A DNA stretch of 64,000 nt from Eledone cirrhosa (Eukaryota), in contig OZ024747.1 of NCBI GenBank assembly GCA_964016885.1, forward strand, positions 6,944,001-7,008,000. The letters are read 5' to 3'. Each line of letters begins with the position of its first letter. The first letter of the stretch is position 1. The position numbers were made by a program, and so were the translations under genes. The notes beneath the pieces are model-generated. The model did not search any database, was not told the origin of the DNA, and saw nothing but the letters and a program-made list of their open reading frames with translations. Positions 1-12,600 of the stretch are shown piece after piece.

Positions 1-2
1 TT

Positions 3-1143
3 TGCTGGGGGTATTTTCTAAATGAAACAGACTTGAAAAGACACTCACGAATGCATATTGGTGTCACTCAGTTTCCATGCATATTCTGTGGGAGAGAATT
101 TTCCAAAGGTTCTGACTTAAGAAGACATATTCGTACACATACCGGAGAGAAGCCATTTCATTGCAATTTGTGCAGCATGAGTTTTGCTAGGAACTGCAGT
201 TTAAAGCGGCATGTTAAAAAACACACTGAAAATTTAGCACAGGATTTAGACAGACAGATGCAGAGTTTTTCTGGTGAATTCTTCAATAAAAAACCTGCAA
301 AACCACAGAGTGTTGGAAACTCTTATCAGTGTGAGATCTGTGGTCGAGCTTTCTCAAAGTGTTCAAATTTGCAAAGACATGTACGGACACACACAGGAGA
401 AAAGCCATTTACCTGTAGTTTGTGTGGTTCCAGTTTTACCAGAAATTGGCATTTAAAGCGTCATGCGAAAATTCACATTGCTGACAAAATCAGCATTGCT
501 GACAAAGTGATAAACTTGGATGATAAAGTGATAGACTTAGATGAAATTGCTGACACTATTTCCGATAATGTGGTTTACCAAGAGGACAGTCCAGCTCTAA
601 CTGAAGTGGTGCTTTACCACTGCGACATATGCAAGAAAGATTTCTCAATACGATCTGACTTGAAAAGACATCTTAGAATACATACGGGAGAGAAACCATT
701 TCAATGTGACATATGTGGACGAAGCTTTGCACGTAAATATGGTTTGAAACGGCATAGTAAAATACATAAAGAAACACAGCTTTGTAGGTGTGACATATGC
801 GATATGTACTTTGAAGATAACGACAGCTTAAAATGTCACTTGAAGTGTCATACATTTGCCAATGGAAAGGAAAAGGAAGAAAATATTCTGAAAAATGTGA
901 TGAAAGTCTGTACTAAAGGAAAGTCATTTTATTGTCAATTATGTAACAAAACATTTTCCAAAAACTCTGACTTGAAGCGACATGTGAGAACCCATACCGG
1001 AGAAAAACCGTTTGTTTGCACTGTTTGTGGACGAGGTTTTGCAAGGAACTGCAGCTTAAAAAGACATTTGAAAACTCATCGTGATAGCAATCTCATCAGT
1101 TGGACCGTATTGTCACCTGATACACTAGAAACTTTCAAAGAGG
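3..1143 (+). CDS. C2H2 zinc-finger protein, large finger-coding exon (5' end lies outside the window)
   Basis: Frame is open from position 3. It encodes one partial and nine complete CxxC-x12-HxxxH fingers with four TGEKP linkers. A G|GTAAGT donor sits at 1143/1144; without splicing the frame stops at 1154. Confidence 0.95.
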
Positions 1144-1977
1144 GTAAGTTTTAAATATTTTTTTGTTTCCAGAACTATATTATTTTAATATATAGGTGGC
1201 AAATTGGCAGACATTAGATCAGTTAATACATTACAGTATTTATTCTGGCTCTCTATGTTCTATGTTCAAATCCTGCCAAGGTCAACTTTGTCTTTTATTC
1301 TTTTGAAAATAACGCCCACTTCCCTGCTAGCAAGGGTTGGACAGGTCTACATAGACCAAATCGGTACTGAAGTGGAGCCACAGATCTCTCAGGCAGGCCA
1401 GGGATCTGTGTCTCACTTTATGTACGGTCGACGCTCCACTGAGTGCACAGGAGAGGTTGTCATGTCTTTGACACAACTGAGGGTCTTTCTGACTCTTTTG
1501 TTTGGCAAGATTTCTACGACTGGATACCCTTCCTATTACCAACTACTCTACAGCCTGTACCGGGTGTGTTTATTGTGTAGATCACCAACACTAGGGAGGA
1601 TGTCGTGTCTTTGACACAGCTGAAGGGTCCCCTCAATATTCTGAGTTCAAATCTCACTAATGACCAGGACTAATTATCCAGCCTCAGGATTACAATTGAT
1701 AATGAAAGCTTCAATGGATGGAGGAGGACTGTGGCTGTCTGCTTCAGCAGTGGAACAACAACAATGATGATGAGGATGATGCAGTGTTACAATTACAAAA
1801 CCCTGTACACAGCCTCTCATATAACATTAGAGATCCTGTAAATCATACTTCATCTCATTTCTTTAGAAACAGAATCATGGAATAGAAGAATACAACTACC
1901 ATCATAGAATATAGTAAAGTGATAGAATACTGTTAGATTAGTAGAATATAGCTGAGGATCAGTAACACATGTCTTAA

Positions 1978-2184
1978 CCCCTTAGCATTTAAACCGGCTG
2001 TATCTGGCCAGAATCTCTCACCTCTTTCTGTTCAAACCAGCTGTAGCTTGCTACTCATACTGATGTTAAGGTATTGTTCTGAAAATAAATAATATCAAAT
2101 TCTCATAGATTTGATATTATGTGAGATAAAGCCTTCACCATGAAAATATAATAGTATATATAGAGTAATGTAAATGCTAAAGAG
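1978..2184. mobile_element. TTAA-flanked MITE (piggyBac-type), copy 1
   Basis: TTAA on both sides and ccc(t)ttagcattta / taaatgctaaag terminal inverted repeats. Related copies at 18267, 59783 and 62177. Confidence 0.8.
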
Positions 2185-2591
2185 TTAAAGATGCCTCATG
2201 AAAAGAGATATTTTTTGTTGGCAACAAAAGTAACAGCTTCCTGATCTTCTCCCATCAGTTCTTTACAACTACTCTTAGTACTTATTCAATTATCCAGCTA
2301 ACAGAACTTCTAATTTTTACTATTTCTGAAATATGTTTGTGTTTTATTAGTGTTGTTGTTTAGCCCTAGGTCAATTTCTGATCCAATAGAAGTTGTTTCG
2401 AGTACGATTATATCTTGTTCTACGCTTGAGTATTACTTATCAAGTCTTCCTCTCTTTTTTAAAGTAATTAGTGTGTAATTTGAGAAATTTAGCTGCTATT
2501 TCTAGCAGGTTGAGCAAGCACATAGGGGCCCTTGTTGGCTTGATGGAAATTACATGGTTTTCAGTTTAATTCCATTTTACAGCACTGTTGT

Positions 2592-2622
<31 letters not shown>

Positions 2623-3963
2623 CATACACACACACACATATATATTTGTGTGTGTATCAGTCGATGCATGCACCTTCATATTAAGACTGTTTAAAGTAGA
2701 TAGTAATGTTTGTTTATGTACCTAATAAATAATGTCCTGCAGTTTAATAATTTTATGAATGTCAGTAATGTATTCCATAGAAAGATATCAAAGTATGGGT
2801 TGGCACTAGGAAGAACATCCAACATTATATGCTGTAAATGTAGGCCTGCCCTTAAATAGGATACTGATGGTCAAATCATCATCATCGTTTAATGTCCATC
2901 TTCCACGCTAGCATGGTTTAGACGGGAATTGTCCCACTTGAGGCAAGATTGATCAGGTGACTGTGTCTCGCTCGTATAGGACTGTATCTGGCAGGTTTTC
3001 TACGGCTGGATGTCCTTCCCAACACCAACCACATTTACAGTGTAGACTGGGAGCCTTTTTACCATGTCTCCTACACGACCACTTCAGTGTGGACTGGGTG
3101 CTTTTTTGTCGTGACACCTACACAACCTCTTTAGTTTGGACTGGATGTTCTGTGGGACCAACCTAACTTTACAGAGAAAGGGTAGTGGGTTGGGGTGTAT
3201 ATTTAGTTTTAGTTAAGAGGTGCCTATAGACTAGGTTTAACTTTGTACGTAGGGAAGGCAGGTCTTCTATAGATTCAAATCAATAATCAAAATATCTGTG
3301 ACCTTTGACATTTAACATCTGTTGTTCTTTAGCCTTAGTCCTGTTAGAGTAGAACAAAGGCATAACAGCTGTGACCATCCTGTCTTTGTATATCTTGGAC
3401 TACTTTGTGAAGGTGTATGGCTTAGTGGTTAGAGAGTTGGATTCGCAATTGTGAGGTTGTGATTTCAATTCCCAGACTGGGTGATGCATTATATCCTTGA
3501 GCAAGATACTTTATTTCACATTGTTCCTTCCGCCAGGTGTTGCGACCAGTAAATAGTATCAGCAATGGAAACCTTGTTTCCTTGGTAAGTGATTGAGGTC
3601 TAGAATCTTGTTGATCTATTCCAGGACTACTTTGGCTTCCGTGCCACTCTTTTGAGTGAATTTAGCTGTTATTTGTAGCAGGTCGATCAACCACATGGAA
3701 GCTTCTCTATTGGTATATTTTACTAGTGTTGACCAACAGATCTCATGATATCACTAATGTTATCAGATTATTAATTTAAATTTGAACACTTCTTTACCAA
3801 TATTATGGGCATGTGGTTAGAATGTCTCAGGAAAGAAGTGCTAGACAGATCTTACGAGCAGGAGACACAGGGTAAACCATGAGCTAGGTTGATCTCACCG
3901 GATCACTTGGAGAGGATTACTTGTGATGAAACCCGTTGGAAAGGAGTAATGACCTGATCATAG

Positions 3964-4155
3964 AGTTTGCTAAAGAAGAAGCCTTCACTTACAAGTTGGA
4001 CATCATTCCATCCTTACTGTCTCAATGCACAAAACCTTTATTTTTAGAATTGAAGATTTCCTCCTCGCCATCTTTCAAACACATTGAACTTATCAAGCTA
4101 GAAGAAACCGAAAAATCTACGGATAATGCCCTTATCTCTAAACTAAAATTAGATG
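3964..4155 (+). CDS. Probable internal exon of the zinc-finger gene (EFAKEEAF...SKLKLD)
   Basis: Weak CATAG acceptor at 3963 and G|GTATGT donor at 4155. The 192-nt exon is phase 1-1 and open, so it is compatible with both flanking exons. Confidence 0.45.
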
Positions 4156-4914
4156 GTATGTATTATACAGAGAACTGTATTTTTTGCTGATATATAGATT
4201 GGGAGAGGTACAAAGGCCATTGTAGTAGCAGTGGTAGAGAGAGCACTCCCTACATGTCATCATCATTTTTCCATGCTAGCTTGGGTAAAATAAGTTGTCC
4301 TATTTGAGACGAGTCAGGTAAGGTGATCGTGTCTTGCTTATACAGAACTGTTTCTAGCTTGATTCCCTTTCTAATACCATAAGTGTATATCCTTGTGCCA
4401 GGAAGGAATGGGTAAAATGGTTAGTGTGGGCCTTGAAGGTAAAGCTGGACACAGTACGAGTTGAATGGGCCTAAATAGAAGTGGCATATTATCAGTGAGG
4501 AGACAGCCCTCAAATGACATTACTGTTTTAAAAGGACACATTTAGACTAGTCCCTACATATAAACACAAGGGTTTATTGCATACAAATGAACTCAGGCTC
4601 TACACAGTTAAATGTTAAGAACCAGGTATGGTTGCATCTGAACACTCTTAGTCTCTTTGTCAATGATGCTCATAACTCAATTGAAGGTATATTAATATAG
4701 ACTTGCTGTGAACCTGTTTAACCCGTTAACAATTTACATTACTCTATATAAACTATTGTATTTTCACGGTAAAGGCTTTACCTTGCACAATTATCTTACA
4801 TAATATCGAATCTATGAGAACAATACCTTAACATCAGTATGAGTGACTGGTTACAGCTGGTTTGAACAGAAAGAGGTGAGAGAATTCTGGCCAGGTTAAG
4901 GCTAAGAGCACCAT

Positions 4915-5345
4915 TTGCTGTTGATTTAGCTCTTGTTTCAGTGTAGAGAACATGCTGAGTTCAGTGGATATTTTTGTGATGCAGCTACAAAGTTCTTTAT
5001 CAACCATGTCCTGACTAAACCTGGACTCCATCATTATTGAAAGGCCAGAGCTGTAAGAGGCAAGCCACATTACCTCTGTTAGTACAATGGTGTTGATCTA
5101 GATTGTAACATGAACAAAGCCAGCTTGGCATTTGGAAGGTTAAAAGAGAGACGAACTGTGAAACAACACTTGTCAGTCCAAAGTATACTGAGCAATATAA
5201 TATTATCCAGCCGACAGAAGGCATGTATGTTATACTACAAACTACATACATGGAGAGACAAGGTCAGAAACACTTTGCTCTTAGAGAAAGTGAAGTATTA
5301 GTGCAACAAAACTGTTGCTGGCTTGGGCATATTCAAGGTAGACTG
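4915..5345 (+). mobile_element. Highly degraded RTE-like LINE ORF2 fragment
   Basis: Disrupted peptides such as KASLAFGRLKER and LGHI resemble the post-RT region of RTE elements. Confidence 0.45.
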
Positions 5346-5567
5346 AGGTACACGGATAACATGAGATATATTCAATTCAAAACTCTTTAGAATACAGGTA
5401 TGGAGCTAAACGAGCTGTGGCACTACTACTACTATATGTACTGTATTGTCATAGAACCATACTATATATTAACTACAACACTACGATACCATGTGTACTG
5501 TGACATTGTCATAGAACCATACTATTTATTAACTGCAACAGTACGACACCACACCACATACTGTAAC

Positions 5568-5690
5568 AGTACCTCATATATATGGTTACCACACCATTAC
5601 TATAAAAGTACCTCATATATATGGTTACCACACCATTACTGTAAAAGTACCTCATATATATGGTTACCACACCATATCTACTGTAAGAGT
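5568..5690. repeat. About 39-bp tandem repeat, 3 copies
   Basis: agtacctcatatatatggttaccacacc unit repeated. Confidence 0.85.
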
Positions 5691-5739
5691 ACCACTGTGT
5701 TACAATTGTTACTTGATTTGTTTTTTCCTCTCATTACAG

Positions 5740-5747
5740 AACCCTAA
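5740..5747 (+). CDS. Probable terminal coding exon of the zinc-finger gene (E-P-stop)
   Basis: Strong acceptor ttgttttttcctctcattacag at 5739, phase-1 compatible, TAA at 5745-5747, followed by poly(A) signals. Confidence 0.55.
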
Positions 5748-5794
5748 TGGAATGGAAGGAAGAAGAAACAGACCGGAACAGAATCAACATTTGT

Positions 5795-5845
5795 AATAAA
5801 CTTATTGTAAATAAATATCAACTGTGTGTTGTTTGGTCTGTTGGT
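5795..5845 (+). terminator. Polyadenylation signals of the zinc-finger gene
   Basis: AATAAA at 5795-5800 and 5810-5815, followed by a GT-rich element (tgtgtgttgtttggtctgttgg). Confidence 0.55.
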
Positions 5846-5924
5846 GACATCTAGCTGCATCTGTGTGAGATAGCTGAGAATTGAAAGAGAGAGCACATAG
5901 TAGCAGCAGATATATATATATATA

Positions 5925-6448
5925 TCATCACCGTTTTACGTCCGTTCTTCCATGGGTTAGACAGGTTGTCCTGTTGTGGGCAGTGTCTGGTCGGCTGACC
6001 ATGCCTTGCTCATACAGGAACTGATTTTGGCTGGATGCCCTTCCTAACACCAACCTCATTTACAGTGAGTGCTGGGTGCTTTTTGCCGTGGCACCTCCAC
6101 GTCCACTTTACAGTGTGGGCTGGGTGCTTTTTTGCCGTGGCACCTCCACGATCATTTTGCAGTGGGAGAGGCATATTTTCTATATGCTTCAGCTTGTACC
6201 CATGGGAGGTCGGGTACCCTGTATTACTGCGCGACGCCAGAGGTCACGGTTGTATGTCATCGCATTTGAGAGCTGTAATTGGGTAAGGTCGGCTTTTATC
6301 ACCTCATCCCAGCTCTTCTTGGGTCTCCCCACTTTGCGGTTTCCATTGACTTCTAGTGCTCTGCACCTTTTTATGCAGCTGTCATCCTTCATACGCATCA
6401 CATGTCCATACCAACGCAACCGCCTCTCCTGCACACAGCATTTGATTC
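5925..6448 (-). mobile_element. 5'-truncated RTE-clade LINE (ORF2 C-terminus plus 3' UTR)
   Basis: Peptide RRLRWYGHVMRM...GRPKKSWDEVIKADL, then a 3' UTR ending in a short (TGA)n tail; inserted in (TA)n. Confidence 0.85.
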
Positions 6449-6532
6449 CTGATATATATATGCAAAGGTTGAAAATCAAAGTATCATGTGAGTTAAAATG
6501 GAGAGAGAACAGAACTCCGGTAAAATACTACG

Positions 6533-6538
6533 TTTATT
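6533..6538 (-). terminator. RRP12 polyadenylation signal
   Basis: AATAAA on the minus strand about 38 nt after the RRP12 stop codon. Confidence 0.65.
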
Positions 6539-6575
6539 TATATATTTCATTCTGAACACCAATCTCAAGTTTGGA

Positions 6576-6684
6576 TTATTTGCGACCTTTTGATTTTGAT
6601 TTTAAATTGTGTCGACCCTTTGTTGCTCCTTTCTTGGCACCAGCTAATAAACTGTTGAACTTGCCCTTCATTTTGGCATGTTTT
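6576..6684 (-). CDS. RRP12: RRP12 exon 34 (terminal)
   Basis: KHAKMKGKFNSLLAGAKKGATKG...GRK then TAA. Confidence 0.93.
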
Positions 6685-9600
6685 CTGTAAAGTAGAAAAA
6701 GGAACATTATGACAACATGAAATGAAGGTCTGATCTTCCACTGTAAACTAGTGGTCCCTAATCTATGGGTTGCAATATAATTCTGAAAGGGTCATAAATA
6801 CAAAATATATTACTTTAGAAATATCTGACAACACAAAAGGACCATAAGTATACAATAAGCCATAGAAGATAGAAGGCCAACTGCAACACTTACTGCTAAC
6901 AAAAACGGACAAATATTTCCTTAAGGAAAATATCAAATGTTAACTCAATATCCTGTAATAATTTGGCAGAAAATAGGTTTGTTAATTCAAATGTTTCTAG
7001 TATCTTTACTAGAGGACAGATCGTGAACATTTGTTGTATTAGAGTTAAGACTAAAATTTGTTAATGTGATATATTCAGTGTTGTTTTGTACTAAGGGTTC
7101 ACTCATTTGAGTTTATGCTAAAGGCTAAGATTGAATAAAGGAGCGATGTTAGTATAATTGTTTCCTACACAGGGATGGAGGTTTAAAGGAAGGAAAATAT
7201 AACATTGTGATGTTCATCCTTTTCTTGAAGATTGAGGTAAAACTAGGTACAGAAATCAGTCTATTGTCTTGCTTTGCCAAAAACTTACTACTATCAAGCT
7301 AAAAAAAAAGAGGCTTTATTTGGTCACTTGAACTGCTAAATCTTTCTCAATTTTTTTTAAATGACACACACTGAATAATGTATTGTTTGATAGATTATCT
7401 CGATGTTAAGGGCTGGAATGCCTTGATGATAGGACTGCTTACTGGAGGCTAAATAACAATAAAACATATTTAGATTGTGAGTTCAATTCTCAGACCAGGT
7501 GATGTGTTGTTTCCTTGAGCAAGACACTTTATTTCACATGGCTTCAGTTTACTCAGCTGTAGAAATGAGATGATAGGGACTGGGGTCCCTATCATTCCAC
7601 TGCAAAGTGGTCGTGGAGGTGCCATGGCAAAAAAGCACCCAGCCCACACTGTAAAGTGGACGTGTAGGCGCCACGGAAAAAAGCACCCAGCACTCACTGT
7701 AAATGAGGTTGATGTTAGGAAGGACATCCAGCTGTAGAAATCAAGCCAGAATCAGTTCCCGTCCCACCCTTGCAAGCAGGGAAAAGCGGACGTAAAAATG
7801 ATGATGATGATAGGAAGGGCATCCAGCTATAAAAAACCTGCTAAACAAATGGCTGAACAGACTCTTCAGCTGTGTCAAAGACATAACAACCTTCCTAGTA
7901 CTAGTTTCCTGATAAAATGCACTTTGGTAGAGTGTGGTGTTGTATGTAAATGAGATGCAAGCCCCAAAACATATATGAGAGGTCAGTAACCCTGTGAAGA
8001 CCTGTTTAATCCTTGTCACCAGGGAAAATGAATGTTAAATGATGATGGTAATTGTGCACTAAGTAGCTGAAGTGTAGTCAAAGATGTGGACAGTTTCTGA
8101 GGAAGAACTCAACAAAAACTGAAACATGAGACAAGCTGTTAATCTTTTTCAATTTACGAAGAAACATGTAAATAAGATGTTTGGATTCTTAAATATAAAA
8201 AAATGTTTACATACACATTTCTCACAGCTTTGGTTTAAAAGCCTGTACTGTACGTACAGACGGGGATTTACAATAACAAGGCTAGCAATTTGGGGAGAGA
8301 GAAATGTTGATTAAAGCAACCCCAGTCCATTACTGGTACTTTATTTTATCGACCCCGTAAAGCAAACTTCAGCAGGACTTGAACTCAGAAAGTAAAGAAC
8401 CATAACCATATGCTGCTGCAAAGCATATTGTCCGACACTCTACTGATTCTGCCTATCTACTGCTCTACACAATAACAAAATAATAAATAATAACAGTTCA
8501 TTTACCTTTTATTGAGGTCTTGGTGTTTGAGTTGGATATAAGCATATGGGTCTGGTTTTCCTTGTCGTTTCACATCCCCTCCTGCCTTCTGTAAAATGAA
8601 ATTATACAACATATAGAAATATAATTTAGAACACATATATTATAGAACATACATGTATACAATAGATAAATGAATAAAAAATTATATGCACCATAGCCTC
8701 ATGAGTTAAATTGGAGAGACAGAAACTGTGTGAAAACCTGTTTGTGTGTGTATTTTGTCAGCAGATATCTATGTCGATGGAGCAGAACAATATAGTGGCT
8801 ATAGATATTTCACCCAATATTTTAATCTCTGTATGTAAACATTCATTTATACAAACTACCCTTTAGCCTTTCTTAAACACCTACAAATGTTGTTCATCAT
8901 TGACAACATATTACTGGTCAGATGTGTGTGTAAAGTCTAGAGTTTGTCTCGAGCTTCAGCAGACCGGTGCTTATTCCAGTTTCCTTGGTGTTAAGCAAGT
9001 GAGAGTACAAAGCCCCAACTGCACAGAATGCCAGTCCATTGCAGGGTTAAACCCCAAGCTATTGCTGGTACTCATTTTCAGTTGAGTATACTGGAGCAAT
9101 GTGAAATGAAGTGTTTTGCTCAAGAACACAACACACAAGCCAGTCCAGGAATCGAACCGATGACATTATGATTGCAAGTCCAACACCCCTACCACTAGGC
9201 TATGTACCTCCACTGTGTGTGTAACATGGAGTAGAAATAAACCGTGACATACCTTTGATTTATATTCAGATCCAAGATCGGCAGCTGACTCTTTCCCTCT
9301 GTTGGCTACTGCCTTTGGACGATGGATACCATGGCCACCAGCTGGAAATAAAAGACAAGAAATATTGACCATTTATTACAAATGACACAAACAAAACATA
9401 TTTATCTAATACACTTCATTCTTTAAATCCAGCCCATTAATCCTTTTGTTACCATTTTTCTAATTAAATATATTGTCATGTTCCATTATATTTCGAAAAT
9501 AAGAATTTGGAGGAACTTAGTAAAATAACTTTTTTCTTATTAAGCTGATGCTTGGAACATAACTCAACAAAGGTTGTTAATGGCAGGCGGTAATTTCAAG

Positions 9601-12600
9601 CCGATTAAACACTATAAAATGAACCAATTTTATAACATAAAACTAGAGGCAGCTTCAGGTGATTTGGTATAAAAAAAAAAAAAGGGATTCAAAATTGAAA
9701 ATCTAGCCAGCTACATATCATATATGACACCATATTGTATTGTATCACACTGCACTGCCAAGCAAACACTATACAACATTCCACATCATCCCACAACAGC
9801 CACACTATATTATACTGTGCCATAAACTAACATAGCTCACATCATCACTACTACACCACATCCACTACATTAGCAAAGAATACACTCAATGAAGAAGAAA
9901 TCTTCACATTGTGTTCAAACTTACCAACATATTTAGATCCACTGTGTTCTGTGTTTTCTGTGGCAGAATACTTCCGTTTCCTGCTTTGATCAGACTGGAA
10001 AGAAAAATGGGAGTTAAATTTGGTTCAAGTAAAATTTTCTTAAAACAACGTTCAGTGTGTGTGTATAAATAAGCAGAGAAAGTATAGTAGCAAGGTTAGG
10101 AAGATGTTTCTGAAGTTCTTACATTTGTTGGAAACCAAGGGGTTTCTCTGTACAGAAATAGGCTGATCATGGACTTAGCCATGATGGTTAAATACCCCCC
10201 CCCCCAAAAAAAAAACTGAAGGAATATAACATGTCCAGATTGTCTCAACATGATATATTACTACAAGCTCCGTCTAACCCATGCTAGCATGGAAAATGGA
10301 CTTTAAACAATGATGATGATGATGATGATATATGGTATAATAATTAGTTGCATGTCACAGGAATTATTGATTAAAGTTGACCTTTAGCAAGCCAAGAGAG
10401 AAGAACCAATCTTGGTACTTTACTAGTATTTTATTGATATCAGAAACCTTGGTGTGGCTTTTAACTCACATCGCAGAGGACTAGAACAAACTCTGCAAGG
10501 TATTCTAGCTGACTCTCTAACAACTCAGCCAAATTGCTGCCTACAATGTCTAATATCAGAGAAACAGTAAACTAAAAATAGATTAATCCAACGGTAAAGA
10601 GTAAATTTTCAAAGACAACACTTTACCAGGTTTTTAATGAAAGACATTAAGTTACTTGGATTGTCAAGTCATTTTGAAAATAATCAAAATATTGACGGGA
10701 TTAAGCTGATGTTTGGAGCATAGCTTAATAAAAAGTACATACATAAACTTGTGATGGAAGTTTTTAGATGAAAATAGACATTTTAAAACTAACAACTTTG
10801 CATGAGAGACATAGGGCGGTGGATGGGCAGTATCGGTAGAGGGTCGTATGCCACGTTTTGACCCATAGTTACGCCCCTTTATGATCCGAGTTCAACTTTG
10901 TCTTTCATCCTTACGGGGTTGATGAAATAAAGTACCAGTAATGCACTGGAATAATTGTTGGCCTTGTGCCAAAAGTAGAAACAATTATTGAATGAGGGGC
11001 AGTTTAGTGTTGAAAGGGTTAACATACCTTCATTTTAGTTACCATAGATTGAAGTACTTCCTCTGCACTATTATCGTCTTCACTGGAATCACTGTCTTTT
11101 TCATCTAGTAAATATAGAATAAGATGATTAGATGATGTCTGTGTTTGTGAGAAGTACAATGGACATTAGATTGATTCTAAACATAGACTGTGAGCAAATA
11201 TTATGGATGCTGTTGGAAGGATTAACAGTGAAATGATCTGATATAGATGCTCTTGTTTTCTAGAACACTCTTCTTTATAACTGCACCTTTGAACTGTTAT
11301 TTGTACTGTTCCACAACACACACACACACATATATATGTATATTGATAGTTTGCAGTACTGTGAAGACCACAAATCAAAGAAGTACTCAACACATGGTAA
11401 GATGCAGAAAAGGTAACTAGTTGAAATCATCAAGAGCTCATAGTAGATCCTCTACTTTCATTAATATATCTATCTAGGGCAGGTAACATTCCCGAGATCC
11501 ATGGACGAGTTCTCTCCAGCGGTCTCTGTCCCTCATCATCGCCGCCATGTCCTGCATCTCCAACAGACCAGTGTCTGTCCTTAGGGCATCAACATATGTC
11601 AACTTCGGTCTTCCTCTTCCAGCGTGTCCATGCAGGGGCTCCCACAAGAGCACTGACTGCAATGTCAACTCTGGATGTCGGTGAGCATGTCCAGCTAACC
11701 TCAGTCTCCCCCAAAAATGTATTCACACTTTGATTAGAATGCTGTTGAAACGTTTACAACTGTCAATGGCCACCAATTCTTACAATAAAGAAATAATTCT
11801 ATCTTTATTTTAACACTACTTACCATTATCATCATCTTCACCAATGAGCAATCGGCCATCAGGCGCAACGTTATAAGCAGACGACCGACTTGGCTGTTTC
11901 TGTCCAGATTTTGATGGCTTCGTAGCTAACAAGAAGAATAAAAAAAATATGAATTTTTTCATTACCATATTACTTATAAAATACACTACTTATGTGTTTC
12001 AATGCATGTTGAAGAACAATTAAACATTTGTGAAAATTGAATAAAATAACCAAGTTTTTCATTATTAAGCTGATATTTAGAATTTTAACCTTTAGAATGC
12101 TGAATTTTTTAATGAATCGCTTCCCTTGACACTGTATTATGTATTAAGGGGATATTACTCTATTGGTGACATAATGCGCATAGAGCGTGCTGAAGGTTAA
12201 GAAAAGCAGGTGTAACAAGGTCAACTCATGCAGTAGATATAAAGAAATGTCTAGATGTAACCATATAAAATTAAAACATACTGCTGATACTCCTTGCAGC
12301 ACTGACATCCATGAAGTCTGTTATATTATCATCTGTGTTCTCCTTCAGCCAAGCTGCACCAGACGCTGTCGTTTTGTCTTTAGACTTGCCACTCTTCTTT
12401 TTCTTTTTCTTCTTACTGCTCTTGCCATCATCGTCCTCATCAGAGTCAAAAGCAGTCAAGATGTCTTCGATGCTGGAAGAAAGGAAAAAAAAAAAAATCA
12501 GTTTTACCATAACGTCAATAAAGAACAAGAACTAAATGCAGAATGTTTGATAATAAGAGGGATGGTCATGGTTGGAGTAACATTGATTATATGTCTGCTC

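Noticed and set aside
1204-1614. 136-aa ORF after the zinc-finger exon
   Set aside because: Lies in a dispersed repeat also present at about 27610-27835.
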